NCBI GenBank assembly: GCA_965200245.1
Contig: CBDATS010000005.1
Coordinates: 128,001 to 192,000, forward strand
Length of the DNA stretch: 64,000 nucleotides
Direction of reading: 5' to 3'
Source: a bacterium
GTDB lineage: Bacteria > UBA8248
Shown here: piece after piece, positions 10,474-21,026 of the stretch
Layout of the letters: each line of letters starts with the position of its first letter
How positions within the stretch are numbered: position 1 is the stretch's first letter
Notes under the pieces: model-generated
What the model was told of the DNA's origin: nothing
The model's input: only the letters and a program-made list of their open reading frames with translations
Databases searched by the model: none
Translations under genes and position numbers: made by a program

Positions 10474-11565
10474 TCACTCTCCCACGCAGAAACTGAAGAA
10501 TTCATCGAACAGCACGCCCGCATCATGCGGACCGGGACAGGCCTCGGGGTGGTACTGCACGCTGAACACTTTGGGGGATTCGGACTTGAGTCCCTCACAA
10601 GTCCGGTCGTTCAGAGAAGAATGCGTCACCGCCACACCGGCGGGCAAGCTCTCCGGGTCCACAGCGAAGGAATGATTCTGCGAGGTGATGTCCACCTTTT
10701 TCGTGCTCAAATCCTGAACGGGATGGTTCGCCCCGTGGTGGCCAAACTTGAGCTTGTACGTCCTGCCGCCTAGCGCCTGCGCGAGAATCTGATGGCCGAG
10801 ACAAATCCCCACGATGGGAACCCGGCCCATCATGCTTCTGACGTTCTCGACAACATAACCCAGAGCAGCAGGATCTCCCGGGCCGTTCGAGAGGAAAACG
10901 GCGGCAGGCCTCCTTGCCAGCACGCTCTCGGCGGTCTCGGCCGCTGGCACGATTTCCAGATCGAAGCGCTCCCCGAGTTCCCGGAAAATGTTGTCCTTCG
11001 CTCCCAGGTCATAGGCCACGCAAAGCGGGCGGCCCTTACGCTCGCCGTAAGCGTGCGCGGCCTCACAAGTCACGTCGCGCACCATGTCGCGCCCATCCAG
11101 CCCCGGACTCGCCTTGGCGCGTTCAATGAGATTTGCCTCGTTGAGGTCGGTGGATGAGAGCACCGCCTTGAGCGCGCCCGCCTCGCGGACATGACGCGTG
11201 AGCGCACGCGTGTCCACGCCCTCGATGCCGGGAACACCCTGTTTCCGGAGATAGGAATCCATGTCCTCGTTCGCCCGAAAGTTGCTGTGCCGCCTGCAGA
11301 CCTCCTTGACGATGAACGCCTCGACCCAGACGTGGCGAGATTCTTCATCACCCGGTATGACGCCGTAGTTCCCGATGTGGGGATAGGTCATTACCACCAT
11401 CTGGCCCCGGTAGGAGGGATCCGTGAGCACCTCCTGGTAGCCCGTCATTGCCGTGTTGAAGACGATTTCGCCTTCTGCATCCGCGTCGGCTCCGAAACTC
11501 ACGCCCCGGAAGACTATGCCGTCTTCCAAGGCCAGTATTGCCGGTTTGACTTTTCGTCCCCTCAT
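10474..11565 (-). CDS. carA: Carbamoyl-phosphate synthase small subunit
   Basis: GEIVFNTAMTGYQE, LSNGPGDP, catalytic GICLGHQ and VQYHPE. Confidence 0.98.
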   Translation of the reverse strand: MRGRKVKPAILALEDGIVFRGVSFGADADAEGEIVFNTAMTGYQEVLTDPSYRGQMVVMTYPHIGNYGVIPGDEESRHVWVEAFIVKEVCRRHSNFRANEDMDSYLRKQGVPGIEGVDTRALTRHVREAGALKAVLSSTDLNEANLIERAKASPGLDGRDMVRDVTCEAAHAYGERKGRPLCVAYDLGAKDNIFRELGERFDLEIVPAAETAESVLARRPAAVFLSNGPGDPAALGYVVENVRSMMGRVPIVGICLGHQILAQALGGRTYKLKFGHHGANHPVQDLSTKKVDITSQNHSFAVDPESLPAGVAVTHSSLNDRTCEGLKSESPKVFSVQYHPEACPGPHDAGVLFDEFFSFCVGE

Positions 11566-12884
11566 GTGGTGAGCGCCTCCTGCACGGAGATTTTCATTTC
11601 ACCCTCAATCCTGCTCATCCGCACGCTCCCACCCACGATGGTGGCGACAGCGCAGCCCTTGAGCTTCCAGCCCGCGAAGGGCGTATTCCTGCCGTAGCTC
11701 TCGAAAGTTTCGGGGTCGACGAGGACTTCGCGCTCGGGGTCCAGGATCGTCACATCGCCCGGAGCGCCTTCTCTCAACGTACCGTAGGGCAGGCCCAGCA
11801 CCTCGCACGGCCCCGTGGTGAACTTGGCGATCATCTCGGACAGGGTGAAAACACCCCCGCCCACGAGTTTGTCCAGTGCGAGCGATACGGTCGTCTCCAG
11901 CCCCACGATCCCGAACGGCACAGCATCGAACTCCCTTTGGATCTCGGCCTCGTAGTGCGGTGCGTGGTCCGAGGCGATAACGGAAATCGTACCGTCTTTC
12001 AAGCCTTCCAGCAGAGCCTGCCGGCTCGCCTCACCACGCAGGGGAGGCGCCATCTTGGCCGAGGAGTTGAAGTCCAGTATCACCTCGTCGGTGAGAGAGA
12101 AATGATGCGGTGTCACCTCGGCCGTCACACGGATCCCGCGCGCCTGCGCCCACCGTACCAAGTCCACTGCGCCCGCGGAGGTAATATGCAGAATGTGGAG
12201 CCTGCCCCCCGTCAGTTCGGCGAGACGGATGTCGCGATGTACACAGATGTCCTCGCTCGCCGCCGGGTTTCCCGCAAGGCCAAGCAAGGTGGAAACCGCT
12301 CCCTCGTTCATTACCCTGGCTCCGGAGAGCGAGAGATCCTCCGCGTGGTCGAGTACGCTGACCCCGAGCATTCCGGCGTATTCGAGAGCTGATCGCATCA
12401 GTGCAGCTGTCTTGACAGGTACGCCGTCGTCACTGAAAGCCACTGCACCCGCCTCCATCTGCTCGGCCATCTCGGTCAACTCCTCGCCTTCGAGACCCAC
12501 CGAAACCGAGCCGATGGGGAACACGCGGCAGGCACCCACTTCGCGCGCACGTTTCAGGATGCGCTCGGTGATGGAACTCGTATCGTTCACCGGGTCCGTG
12601 TTCGCCATACACGCCACGCCCGTGAAACCGCCTGCAGCAGCGGCGCGGGTACCACTCTCGATATCTTCCTTGTACTCCTGCCCCGGTTCCCGAAAATGGA
12701 CGTGCATATCGATGAAACCGGGGGCCACGACAAGTCCTTCTGCGTCGATAATCTCATCCCCGCTGCGCGGCAATATGCTCTTTCTCCTGTGGGCGACTTT
12801 TCCCTCCTCGATCAGTATGTCGCATATCTGATCGACACCATCCGCGGGGTCGATGAGGCGCCCTCCCCTAATGAGCAACGGCAT
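11562..12884 (-). CDS. pyrC: Dihydroorotase (long, type I)
   Basis: [28 protein letters not shown] and IASDHAPH; lies in the pyr operon. Confidence 0.96.
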   Translation of the reverse strand: MPLLIRGGRLIDPADGVDQICDILIEEGKVAHRRKSILPRSGDEIIDAEGLVVAPGFIDMHVHFREPGQEYKEDIESGTRAAAAGGFTGVACMANTDPVNDTSSITERILKRAREVGACRVFPIGSVSVGLEGEELTEMAEQMEAGAVAFSDDGVPVKTAALMRSALEYAGMLGVSVLDHAEDLSLSGARVMNEGAVSTLLGLAGNPAASEDICVHRDIRLAELTGGRLHILHITSAGAVDLVRWAQARGIRVTAEVTPHHFSLTDEVILDFNSSAKMAPPLRGEASRQALLEGLKDGTISVIASDHAPHYEAEIQREFDAVPFGIVGLETTVSLALDKLVGGGVFTLSEMIAKFTTGPCEVLGLPYGTLREGAPGDVTILDPEREVLVDPETFESYGRNTPFAGWKLKGCAVATIVGGSVRMSRIEGEMKISVQEALTT

Positions 12885-13884
12885 TTCTCACCTCCTTGCG
12901 CAATTTGCCGGATACTGCGGCGTCCGCCTCTTTCGGGGCAGCGTCCTCCTCCTCATCCCGTTTCAACGACAGGAGATAGAGGATTGCCATCCGGCAGGCG
13001 ACGCCGTATTCGACCTGCTCCAGGATGACGGAGAACGGCCCGTCGGCCACGTCAGGTGACATTTCCACGCCCCGGTTGATGGGCCCAGGGTGCATAATGA
13101 GCAGATCGCGCTTCGCCCCCTGTAGCTTCTTCTTGGTGATCCCGTAGGTACTGGCGTACTCGCGCGCGCTGGGGAAGGCACTCCCTGCGCCTCTTTCCAA
13201 CTGGATTCTGAGGGCGATGAGCACGTCCGCCCCGTCGATTGCCTCATCGATCCTCGTCGTCACGCGTGCGCCCAGGCAGTCCACTTCGGCGGGCAGCATC
13301 GTGGAAGGACCGCAAAAGGTGACGTTTGCACCCAGTTTCAGGAGGCCAGCCACGTTCGAGCGCGCCACGCGGCTGTGCGCAATGTCGCCCACGATAGAAA
13401 CGTTCAGCCCCTCGAATCTCTTCTTGTGTTCCCTGATGGTGTAGAAATCGAGCAGCGCCTGCGTGGGGTGTTCGTGACAGCCGTCCCCCGCATTCACCAC
13501 GGCGCAATCGAGTTCCCGGCCCAGATAGGCGGGCGCGCCCGACGCCCAGTGCCGGACGACGAGCACATCGGTCGCCATGGCTTCGATGTTCCTCGCCGTG
13601 TCGCGCAGGGTTTCGCCCTTGGTCGCCGAACTCGTGGAAACAGAAAGGTTGATGACGTCCGCCGAAAGGCGCTTGCCCGCGATCTCGAACGAAGCACGCG
13701 TGCGCGTGCTGTTCTCGAAAAACAGGTTGACGATGGTCTTTCCCCTCAAGGTCGGCACTTTCTTGATGTCGCGCTCGTTGATCTCACGAAACGAGTCGGT
13801 CTGATCGAGAAGAAAGGTTATTTCTTCGGGTGCAAGCTCTCGAATCGAGAGCAGATCCTTTCTACGGTAGGCTTCCAAGCTCAT
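12868..13884 (-). CDS. pyrB: Aspartate carbamoyltransferase catalytic subunit
   Basis: [34 protein letters not shown] and [11 protein letters not shown]. Confidence 0.98.
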   Translation of the reverse strand: MSLEAYRRKDLLSIRELAPEEITFLLDQTDSFREINERDIKKVPTLRGKTIVNLFFENSTRTRASFEIAGKRLSADVINLSVSTSSATKGETLRDTARNIEAMATDVLVVRHWASGAPAYLGRELDCAVVNAGDGCHEHPTQALLDFYTIREHKKRFEGLNVSIVGDIAHSRVARSNVAGLLKLGANVTFCGPSTMLPAEVDCLGARVTTRIDEAIDGADVLIALRIQLERGAGSAFPSAREYASTYGITKKKLQGAKRDLLIMHPGPINRGVEMSPDVADGPFSVILEQVEYGVACRMAILYLLSLKRDEEEDAAPKEADAAVSGKLRKEVRNAVAH

Positions 13885-13925
13885 GTGATTTCCCCTCCCT
13901 GTAACGCCCCTGGATCCGGGGACGC

Positions 13926-14450
13926 TTATCGTCTGAAAACGGCGTCCTGCCCGTCGGTTTCCTTGAGATGCACCCGCACCTCCTCAGGATGGACCGCTTC
14001 GATGTTCTTCCCCACAAAATCGGCGCGAATCGGCAGTTCGCGTCCTCCCCTGTCTACCAGAATGGCGAGCCGCACCCTGCGGGGCCTGCCGAAGCCCATG
14101 AGCGCAGCCAGGGCGGCGCGTACCGTGCGACCCGTATAGAGCACATCGTCGACCAAAACGACATTCTTGCCCTCGCACGAGAAGGGAAGGTCCGTCTTCT
14201 TGAGGCCGGTTCTCATCCCTCCTCCATAGTTCAGATCGTCACGGTAGAGCGTCACATCAAGCGCTCCCACGAGCGGGCGCACACCTACCAGAGACTGGAT
14301 CTCCTCTGCCAGCCTTTCCGCGAGAGGTGCACCCCTTGTGCGAATGCCGATGAACACCAAATCAGAGAGATCGGCCGTTCTCTCCAGAATTTCATGCGAA
14401 AGGCGCCTCAGTGTACGCCTCAGTTGTTCGGCGTCGAGTTGCTGCTTCAT
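13926..14450 (-). CDS. pyrR: Bifunctional pyr operon regulator / uracil phosphoribosyltransferase
   Basis: [41 protein letters not shown] and [13 protein letters not shown]. Confidence 0.96.
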   Translation of the reverse strand: MKQQLDAEQLRRTLRRLSHEILERTADLSDLVFIGIRTRGAPLAERLAEEIQSLVGVRPLVGALDVTLYRDDLNYGGGMRTGLKKTDLPFSCEGKNVVLVDDVLYTGRTVRAALAALMGFGRPRRVRLAILVDRGGRELPIRADFVGKNIEAVHPEEVRVHLKETDGQDAVFRR

Positions 14451-14563
14451 CCAGACCGAATCCGGCGTCCGGGCGACGGTACATCGAAAGGGCACAAAAA
14501 AAACTCCATGCCCACAGGGCATGGAATCCGACAATCAAGCGTATATATGGATACGGCAATCAT
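14447..14563 (-). CDS. Putative pyr leader peptide (38 aa, [38 protein letters not shown])
   Basis: AAGGAGG (14578-14572) lies 8 nt before ATG 14563. The ORF crosses the terminator and its TGA overlaps the pyrR ATG (ATGA). Confidence 0.55.
   Translation of the reverse strand: MIAVSIYTLDCRIPCPVGMEFFLCPFDVPSPGRRIRSG
14496..14526 (-). terminator. Intrinsic terminator (attenuator) in the pyr leader
   Basis: Minus strand TTCCATGCCC-TGT-GGGCATGGAG followed by T8. Confidence 0.85.
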
Positions 14564-14569
14564 GTGTGT

Positions 14570-14609
14570 TTCCTCCTTCGCCGCCTCACTGGACAGCATT
14601 AAAGGGGAA
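14570..14609 (-). promoter_or_regulatory. PyrR-binding RNA loop (anti-antiterminator type)
   Basis: Minus strand CCUUUAA-UGCU-GUCCAGUGAGGC-GGCGAAGG matches the Bacillus-type PyrR site (CUUUAA...GUCCNGNGAGGC...AAGG) and sits upstream of pyrR. Confidence 0.88.
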
Positions 14610-14664
14610 TCTCTGAATCAGCAGTTCATTTCAGCCCGGTGATATACGACGGGCCATTTCCGGC

Positions 14665-14693
14665 AAACTAGCAGTCTTCCCGGCAAAGAGCAA
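14665..14693 (-). promoter_or_regulatory. Putative sigma70 promoter of the pyr operon
   Basis: TTGCTC-17 nt-TAGTTT with an extended -10 TG, just upstream of the PyrR loop. Confidence 0.4.
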
Positions 14694-14701
14694 GAGACGA
14701 A

Positions 14702-15016
14702 TCAGGCGCGTTTCAAAAAATCAAGCGTCCTGCCCGATCGTGCCTCCTTTTCTTCTGGTGCGTGAGCCGTTTCCTCCAGAATTTCGAACAAACCGGATGC
14801 TTCTTTTTTCGACAAATTGCGCCTCGCCTCCGCAATCACCCGGATGCGCAGAGTCTTGTTCTCGAGTCTGAGACTCAGGACGTCCCCGATTTCCACCTGA
14901 GAGGAAGCTTTGGCCGTTTTCCCTTCGATTCCCACAGCACCCGCATCCACGAGGCTCCTGGCGAGAGGACGCCGCTTGGCCAGGCGACTATAGCGCAAAA
15001 ACTGGTCGAGGCGCAT
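14702..15016 (-). CDS. S4-domain RNA-binding protein (HslR/YabO-like)
   Basis: MRLDQFLRYSRLAKRR..A...V.IEGK.AKAS..VEIGD S4 signature. Confidence 0.9.
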   Translation of the reverse strand: MRLDQFLRYSRLAKRRPLARSLVDAGAVGIEGKTAKASSQVEIGDVLSLRLENKTLRIRVIAEARRNLSKKEASGLFEILEETAHAPEEKEARSGRTLDFLKRA

Positions 15017-15025
15017 CTTGTTTCG

Positions 15026-16546
15026 TCATTGAGTAATTTCTTTGGGATCCGCCACGATGCTGCGCGTCTTCTGTATCTCAACCTCGAAATCGAGCCGCGC
15101 TGCCCTGTTCTTCGTCTCGAAGGACACTTTTTTCGACTTTGCGTTTTGTCCTTCACCCTTCGACTGTTCGGAGAACGCCTTGAGCATGTCTGCGAAATTG
15201 ACTTCTCCGATGAAGGAGTCGGGCAACAGATACACGTAGCGGAATAAATAGATGTTCGCGGATGGGTCGGGACTTACGAACAGCCTGTGTCCCGCCTCCA
15301 GGGCGTCGATGGCTTCCTTCCTCACCTCGGCTCCCTGGCCCACCTTCACCTTGTCCGATTTCCATCGGGGCTTGTTCCTGTTCGCACCATAGGCCCACAA
15401 CACCCTGTCCTGGCCGAATAACCCACCTTTCGTCTTGAGCTTGATTCCGACCAGCCGGAAGCTAATCTGCTCACGGACATCCTTGAACACTGCAGAGAGG
15501 CCGCTTTGCGATGGGCCCGGGTCGTAACTGGTTTCCAGAAAAACGGATCTTTTGAGATCCGCCACCCATTCGCGACGTCTCTTTGTGAATTTCTCCTGGA
15601 AAACCTTGTCACGGATTTTGCCCGACACCTTGTCGAGGGTAATCACCTTGCCCGGTGTAACGTCATCGACGTGAATGACGTGAAAACCGACTCTCGTTCT
15701 CGTGGGCTCGCTTGTCGCGCCCCTGGCCGTCGAGAAAATGAGTTGTTCGAGTTCGGAAAATACCTCGCCCTTCTTTACGGAGCCCAGTTCGCCACCTCGG
15801 CTCCGGGCGGGCCCTTCTGAATACTTCTCTGCCAACCTGGCGAAATCAGCGCCGGGCTTCGCGGCCTCCCTGTAAGCGAGTTCCGCCTTCTTGCGCTGTC
15901 TTTCGATCTCCTCGGGAGAGGCACCCTTGTTCACAGGAAAGAAAATCTGCCGCACAGCCCGGGACTCAGCCTCGCGGTAGTCATCCAAATGCGCGTTGTA
16001 ATAATCCGCTATTTCCTGTTCCCGCACAGAAACACGCAAGCCGACTTCCATGTTCTCCACTTTTCGCCCGAGCAGTTTCTTGCGGATTTCGTCGCGATAT
16101 TTCTCCATCGTCATTCCCTGCGACCTCAAAAAATCGCGCAACCCGGCCGTCGTTGTCTTGTTCTGGCGAAGTATGCCCGTGACGGTGTTTTCGATTTCCT
16201 TTTCGCTGACGTTCAACCCGAAGGTGGAAGCGCGTTTTTCAATGAGTTTGCTCTCGATCATGGCGTCGAGCGCCGAAATCTCGAGTTCGCGAATCCGCCG
16301 GTTCAACTGTTCACCCTTGTAACTATCCCTCAGCTTGTCGACTCTGGGCTTTACGAGATCCTGAAGTTCGGACAGCATGATGATCTCATCATCAATCTTC
16401 GCGATGATTCTCTCTATCGTCACGGGCGCGGACATGGCCACTGCAGACGCGCCCATGAGGACGAAAAATACAATCGCCGAGACCCACAACCCTCTAGCCC
16501 GATACGATATTTTCAAGGTTTTTCCGGTAGTATTTGATTTTTGCAT
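15026..16546 (-). CDS. SurA-like periplasmic chaperone/parvulin PPIase with extra C-terminal domain (start uncertain)
   Basis: Signal-like hydrophobic stretch, ERIIAKIDDEII..SEL SurA N-domain and rotamase FARLAEKYSEGP..SRGGELG...GFHVI. Confidence 0.85.
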   Translation of the reverse strand: MQKSNTTGKTLKISYRARGLWVSAIVFFVLMGASAVAMSAPVTIERIIAKIDDEIIMLSELQDLVKPRVDKLRDSYKGEQLNRRIRELEISALDAMIESKLIEKRASTFGLNVSEKEIENTVTGILRQNKTTTAGLRDFLRSQGMTMEKYRDEIRKKLLGRKVENMEVGLRVSVREQEIADYYNAHLDDYREAESRAVRQIFFPVNKGASPEEIERQRKKAELAYREAAKPGADFARLAEKYSEGPARSRGGELGSVKKGEVFSELEQLIFSTARGATSEPTRTRVGFHVIHVDDVTPGKVITLDKVSGKIRDKVFQEKFTKRRREWVADLKRSVFLETSYDPGPSQSGLSAVFKDVREQISFRLVGIKLKTKGGLFGQDRVLWAYGANRNKPRWKSDKVKVGQGAEVRKEAIDALEAGHRLFVSPDPSANIYLFRYVYLLPDSFIGEVNFADMLKAFSEQSKGEGQNAKSKKVSFETKNRAARLDFEVEIQKTRSIVADPKEITQ

Positions 16547-17477
16547 TTCGCTTGAGTTCTCCCAGCCAGCCTGCAAGGCGCGCCCTGCCTTTCTCGGCCA
16601 GCAACCGCTTCTTGATGTCATCCTTAACGGACGCCAGTGTTTTCTGGAACGGCAACCGTCTCTCCGACACCTCCAGCAGGTGAAAGCCCGCCGGACTCCT
16701 GACAAGACGGCTCACCTCACCCAACTTGAGTGATTCCACCACGCTCTCGATGTTTTCGGGCAGTTCTCCTCGTTGGAAATATCCCAGATCGCCACCCACG
16801 TCTCGTTCGGGGCCGGTGGAATGCTCCTGTGCAAGCGCCGCAAACGATTTGCCATCAAGAATGAGTTTCCTGAGCCGCGTAGCCATTTTAGCCGAATCGA
16901 CGACGATTTGGCGAACCCGCCACCGCTTCCCAACCCGGAATTTCTCTCTGTTGCGGTTAAAATAGTCCTCTATCTCGGCATCGGAAACTTCAAGCTTCGA
17001 GTAAATTTCCTTCTCCAGCAGGTGTTCGATTTCGAGCGTCTCGCGCATCGTCTTGAGCCACGATTCCTCATCCAGCCCCTGCTCTTTCATAATGGATTTC
17101 ATATCCAATCCGTCATACTGGCGGCGAACGAACTCAACAAAGCGCCTCACTCGCCCTTCGCTCACGTATTCGCCGCTATCGCGGAAACGCTGCAGCAGAA
17201 GACGCCTTTCCACGAGTTGATCCAGCAATACCCTGGGGAAAGGTTTCTCGACCTTTTCCATAGCTGCCGGATTCCTGTCCGCCATGAAATGCGCACGTAC
17301 GTCCTGATCGGTAATCGCCTCACCGTTTACCTGAACAAGCAGGACTTCCCTGTTTTCGCTCTTCGTCTGAAGCGAAGAATCGCAACCCGCCGCGACGAGC
17401 AGCACCATCCAGCAAATGAACACCTTCCGGATCCGGCCGCCCGATATCAAACGAGTTTCAATTCTGTCCGTCCTCAT
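16494..17477 (-). CDS. PrsA/SurA-like parvulin peptidylprolyl isomerase, probable lipoprotein
   Basis: Lipobox-like LVAAGC, VNGEAIT and FAALAQEHS.GPE..VGGDLG...SPAGFHLL. Confidence 0.88.
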   Translation of the reverse strand: MRTDRIETRLISGGRIRKVFICWMVLLVAAGCDSSLQTKSENREVLLVQVNGEAITDQDVRAHFMADRNPAAMEKVEKPFPRVLLDQLVERRLLLQRFRDSGEYVSEGRVRRFVEFVRRQYDGLDMKSIMKEQGLDEESWLKTMRETLEIEHLLEKEIYSKLEVSDAEIEDYFNRNREKFRVGKRWRVRQIVVDSAKMATRLRKLILDGKSFAALAQEHSTGPERDVGGDLGYFQRGELPENIESVVESLKLGEVSRLVRSPAGFHLLEVSERRLPFQKTLASVKDDIKKRLLAEKGRARLAGWLGELKRNAKIKYYRKNLENIVSG

Positions 17478-17487
17478 GACGAGAGCC

Positions 17488-20400
17488 TCACACTTGTTCC
17501 GCCACTACCTCACCTTCTGTGACCTTGCACACTTCCAAAGCATCCAGCACGTGAACGAGAAAGTCAAAATCCTCCCGCCAACGCCCACTGAGGCCCGCCC
17601 GAAAGGCGTGTGCGCTGGTGAACGCCATGCCCGGCATATCGAGAAAAGCGGCCGTGAGTTCATAGTCGCCCGGGAAAACCTCCATGTGCGCTTCCTTGCC
17701 ACGAACGAGTAAAGACTTGATCCCGCACAGGCGCGCGCGCAGGCGGATTTCCCCCAGTTGCAGGAGGTGGAGGGCACGCTCGGGTATCGCTCCGTATTTG
17801 TCCTGCAGTTCCACGCCCAACTCCCGCAACTCTGCCGGCGTCTGCGCCGAGGTGATTCGGCGATAGACGTCCAGGCGCTCGATCTGGGCCGGAATCCACG
17901 AGGGCGGCAGTGTGCCCGCCACGGGCACAACGATATCGGGTTCCGTTCGTTCAACAACTTCGCCTTTGGCCTCCTGCACCACTTCCTCAAGAAGGCGGCA
18001 ATACATATCAAAGCCCACAGCGGAGATTTGTCCCGATTGCCGGTGCCCGAGCAAATGTCCTGCGCCGCGAATCTCCAGATCACGCATGGCGAGTTTCAAG
18101 CCACCTCCGAGTTCACTCAACTCCTCAAGTGCCCGGAGTCGTTCTCTCGCCTGCCTGGTCAGGGAGTTCGCGCCAGATACCAGGAGATAGGCGTGCGCCT
18201 GGAACCTGTCGCGCCCGATCCGCCCACGCAACTGGTATAGCTGCGCCATTCCGAACATATCCGCCCGGTTGATCATAATCGTGTTCACCGAGGGGATGTC
18301 GAGGCCGCTTTCGATGATCGTCGTGCACAGGAGCACGTCGGCCCGGCGGGTCACGAACTCCTCCATCACCTCTTCGAGTTCGCGCTCCTTCATCTGACCA
18401 TGCCCCATCAGGATGCGTGCGTCGGGCACGAGTTTCTCCAGGAGCCTCCGCATGGCGGGCAGGCTCCTCACCCGGTTGTGCACGAAAAACACCTGCCCGC
18501 CCCGATCGAGTTCCTTGGTGATGGCGTCTTTGATGAGTTTCTCACTGAAGCGCGAAATGTACGTGCGCGGCGCGACCCGGTGGCGCGGCGGCGTTTCGAT
18601 GACGCTCAAATCGCGCGTGCCCGAGAGTGCCATCTGCAAGGTGCGCGGAATAGGCGTGGCGGTGAGCGTCAGCACGTCTACGTCGACACGGAGCTTCTTG
18701 AGCTTCTCCTTGTGAGAGACGCCGAAGCGGTGCTCCTCATCAATGACCAAAAGCCCCAAATCGCAAAACGAAACGTCTTTCTGGAGCAGGCGATGCGTGC
18801 CGATGACGATGTCCACCCGCCCGGCGGTAAGGCCTTGCACCACCTCGCCTTGCTCTTTTCTGCTTTTGAAGCGCGAGAGCATCTCCACCTGAACCGGCAG
18901 CGATTCGAAGCGATTGCGGAACGTCTCCCAATGCTGATGAGCGAGCAGCGTCGTCGGTACGATGACGGCCACCTGCTTGCCCGCTGAAATGGCCCTGGCG
19001 GCGGCCCTGAGCGCCACTTCCGTCTTCCCGTAGCCGACATCCCCACAGATGAGGCGGTCCATTGGGCGCGCGCGCTCCATATCCGCCAGCACGTCGCGAA
19101 TAGCCTGTTCCTGATCGGGCGTCTCCTCGAATCCGAAGCCAGCAGATATTTCAGGATCAAACGCCCCCTCCGCCGAGAAGGCGTACCCCTCGGCGTTGCT
19201 CCTTTCCGAATAGAGACGCACCAAGTCACGCGCGATCCCCCGCAGCGATTTCTTGACGTTGTTCTTCGTCTTGGCCCAGCGATTCCCGCCCAGCCTGTCC
19301 AGTGGCGGTGCGATGCCCGCCCCGCGGTATTTGTGGATACGTTCCACGTCGTCCATCGGAACGTAGAGCTTGTCACCCCCCGCGTATTGCAGGGTCAAAA
19401 ACTCGTTCTCCCCGTCTGTGTGCTCGATGACGCGCGTGCCCATATAGCGGCCCACGCCGTGCTCGATGTGCACGACAAGGTCGTCTTCATTCAAGTCCTT
19501 GAAGCCCTCGCCGGGCTTTGACTGGGGCAGGCGGCGCGAATCACGGGCCAAGGCACCAACCAGCAGGTCTTGCGCCCGGAAGAACACCCGTCGCTCTTCG
19601 GGAAGCCGGAAGCCGGCGGCGAGTTTGCCTTCCGCGAGAACGATATCGTGGCGCCCGTCCATGAGGCAGGTTCCCTCGGGTAAAATTGCCACGCCCACCT
19701 CATGCTCGCGCAACAGTGCCTGTATCCTCAGCGCGAGAGTCCTTTCCTCCGCTACGATGACGACGCTTTCATCGCCTTTGCGCCATGCGCGCAATTGCCC
19801 CACGAACGCCTCCACCCGTCCCCGGAAGGGGTTGATGTTTTCCCCGATCAAGGCCTCGCCCGCTTCGAGATTCTCATCGGGACTTGCGGCGTCGAGGCCC
19901 AGCGAATTGAATCCGAGACGTGGCCAGATGGAAAATTCCTCGTGTATTTCCTCGGGCGTGAGCCAGAGGCGCTCCGGTGCGAAGGAAACGAGACCTCGCT
20001 CGGGCGCAAGACGCGCCTCCTCGACCACTTCCTCCCATCGCTTCTCCATCGCCTCGTCGAATTTTCCCGCTTCGTTCAAGACCCAGAGCGCATCTCCAGG
20101 CACCACGTCGAACAAGGTCGTCATCTTTTCCAAGAACATGGGTGCGAGACTCTCCATTCCCGAAAAATGCCCATCCGCGTCGAGGTGATCGAGGAGGCGT
20201 TCTATCCGCGCGTCCGTCTCCGGCGATGCGGCTTCCACAAGTGCGCGCCGGCCCCGCATTTTCTCCTCTGACGAGAAAACGATCTCTTTCGACGGAAAAA
20301 TGTCCACGTTTTGCAAGGTCCCCAGATTGCGCTGCGTCTGGGGATGAAAATTTCGCAGGGAATCGATCTCATCCCCGCGAAGCTCCAGACGCGTGGGATA

Positions 20401-20949
20401 TGCATTGTGGGGGGAGTAAAAATCCAGAATTCCGCCCCTGACGGCGTATTCTCCCGGGGATTCAACCACGGACCTTCTCTCGTACATCAGGGATTCGAGC
20501 GAACCGATGAACGAGTCACGCTCGATCGTCATGCCTTCGCTCAGTTGAATCAGGGCGTCACCCACTCTCTCGGGCGGAGGCAACCGCGTCGCCATGGCCG
20601 ATGCACTCGCCAGCACGACGCCACTTTCCCCGCTCCGCAAAAAGTGCAGAGCGGACATCCGCTCGCCGATGTTTTCGCTCGATGGAGAAAGACGCGAAAA
20701 AGGGTATACATCCCACGCCGGAAAGCCCACCACAGGCAAATCCCGCACCCCTGAAGCACCGATGAACAGCTTGATGTTCGACTTAATTACTTCGAGTCGA
20801 TGCTGGTCCATTTCGACGACAATGACGGGCCCGTCGCGTTCGCACGCTATTCTGGCCAGCCACCAGGCGGTTGAGGCATCGTTACCGCCGCGCAAGTGAA
20901 CCTGCTTGGGTCCATCGAGATCGCGAAGCGAAGAAAGGAATTCATTCAT
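17488..20949 (-). CDS. mfd: Transcription-repair coupling factor
   Basis: UvrB-homology VRGGILD, RID domain VVHIEHGVGRY, MDRLICGDVGYGKTEV, IDEEHRFGV, QLRGRIGR and TRG motif DLEIRGAG. Confidence 0.97.
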   Translation of the reverse strand: MNEFLSSLRDLDGPKQVHLRGGNDASTAWWLARIACERDGPVIVVEMDQHRLEVIKSNIKLFIGASGVRDLPVVGFPAWDVYPFSRLSPSSENIGERMSALHFLRSGESGVVLASASAMATRLPPPERVGDALIQLSEGMTIERDSFIGSLESLMYERRSVVESPGEYAVRGGILDFYSPHNAYPTRLELRGDEIDSLRNFHPQTQRNLGTLQNVDIFPSKEIVFSSEEKMRGRRALVEAASPETDARIERLLDHLDADGHFSGMESLAPMFLEKMTTLFDVVPGDALWVLNEAGKFDEAMEKRWEEVVEEARLAPERGLVSFAPERLWLTPEEIHEEFSIWPRLGFNSLGLDAASPDENLEAGEALIGENINPFRGRVEAFVGQLRAWRKGDESVVIVAEERTLALRIQALLREHEVGVAILPEGTCLMDGRHDIVLAEGKLAAGFRLPEERRVFFRAQDLLVGALARDSRRLPQSKPGEGFKDLNEDDLVVHIEHGVGRYMGTRVIEHTDGENEFLTLQYAGGDKLYVPMDDVERIHKYRGAGIAPPLDRLGGNRWAKTKNNVKKSLRGIARDLVRLYSERSNAEGYAFSAEGAFDPEISAGFGFEETPDQEQAIRDVLADMERARPMDRLICGDVGYGKTEVALRAAARAISAGKQVAVIVPTTLLAHQHWETFRNRFESLPVQVEMLSRFKSRKEQGEVVQGLTAGRVDIVIGTHRLLQKDVSFCDLGLLVIDEEHRFGVSHKEKLKKLRVDVDVLTLTATPIPRTLQMALSGTRDLSVIETPPRHRVAPRTYISRFSEKLIKDAITKELDRGGQVFFVHNRVRSLPAMRRLLEKLVPDARILMGHGQMKERELEEVMEEFVTRRADVLLCTTIIESGLDIPSVNTIMINRADMFGMAQLYQLRGRIGRDRFQAHAYLLVSGANSLTRQARERLRALEELSELGGGLKLAMRDLEIRGAGHLLGHRQSGQISAVGFDMYCRLLEEVVQEAKGEVVERTEPDIVVPVAGTLPPSWIPAQIERLDVYRRITSAQTPAELRELGVELQDKYGAIPERALHLLQLGEIRLRARLCGIKSLLVRGKEAHMEVFPGDYELTAAFLDMPGMAFTSAHAFRAGLSGRWREDFDFLVHVLDALEVCKVTEGEVVAEQV

Positions 20950-21026
20950 GACGTGAAATTTCAGGTTTCGGTTCGAAACGCATCAGTCGGAACAATCCAT
21001 ACGGCATGAATATTTTCAGAAAACTC

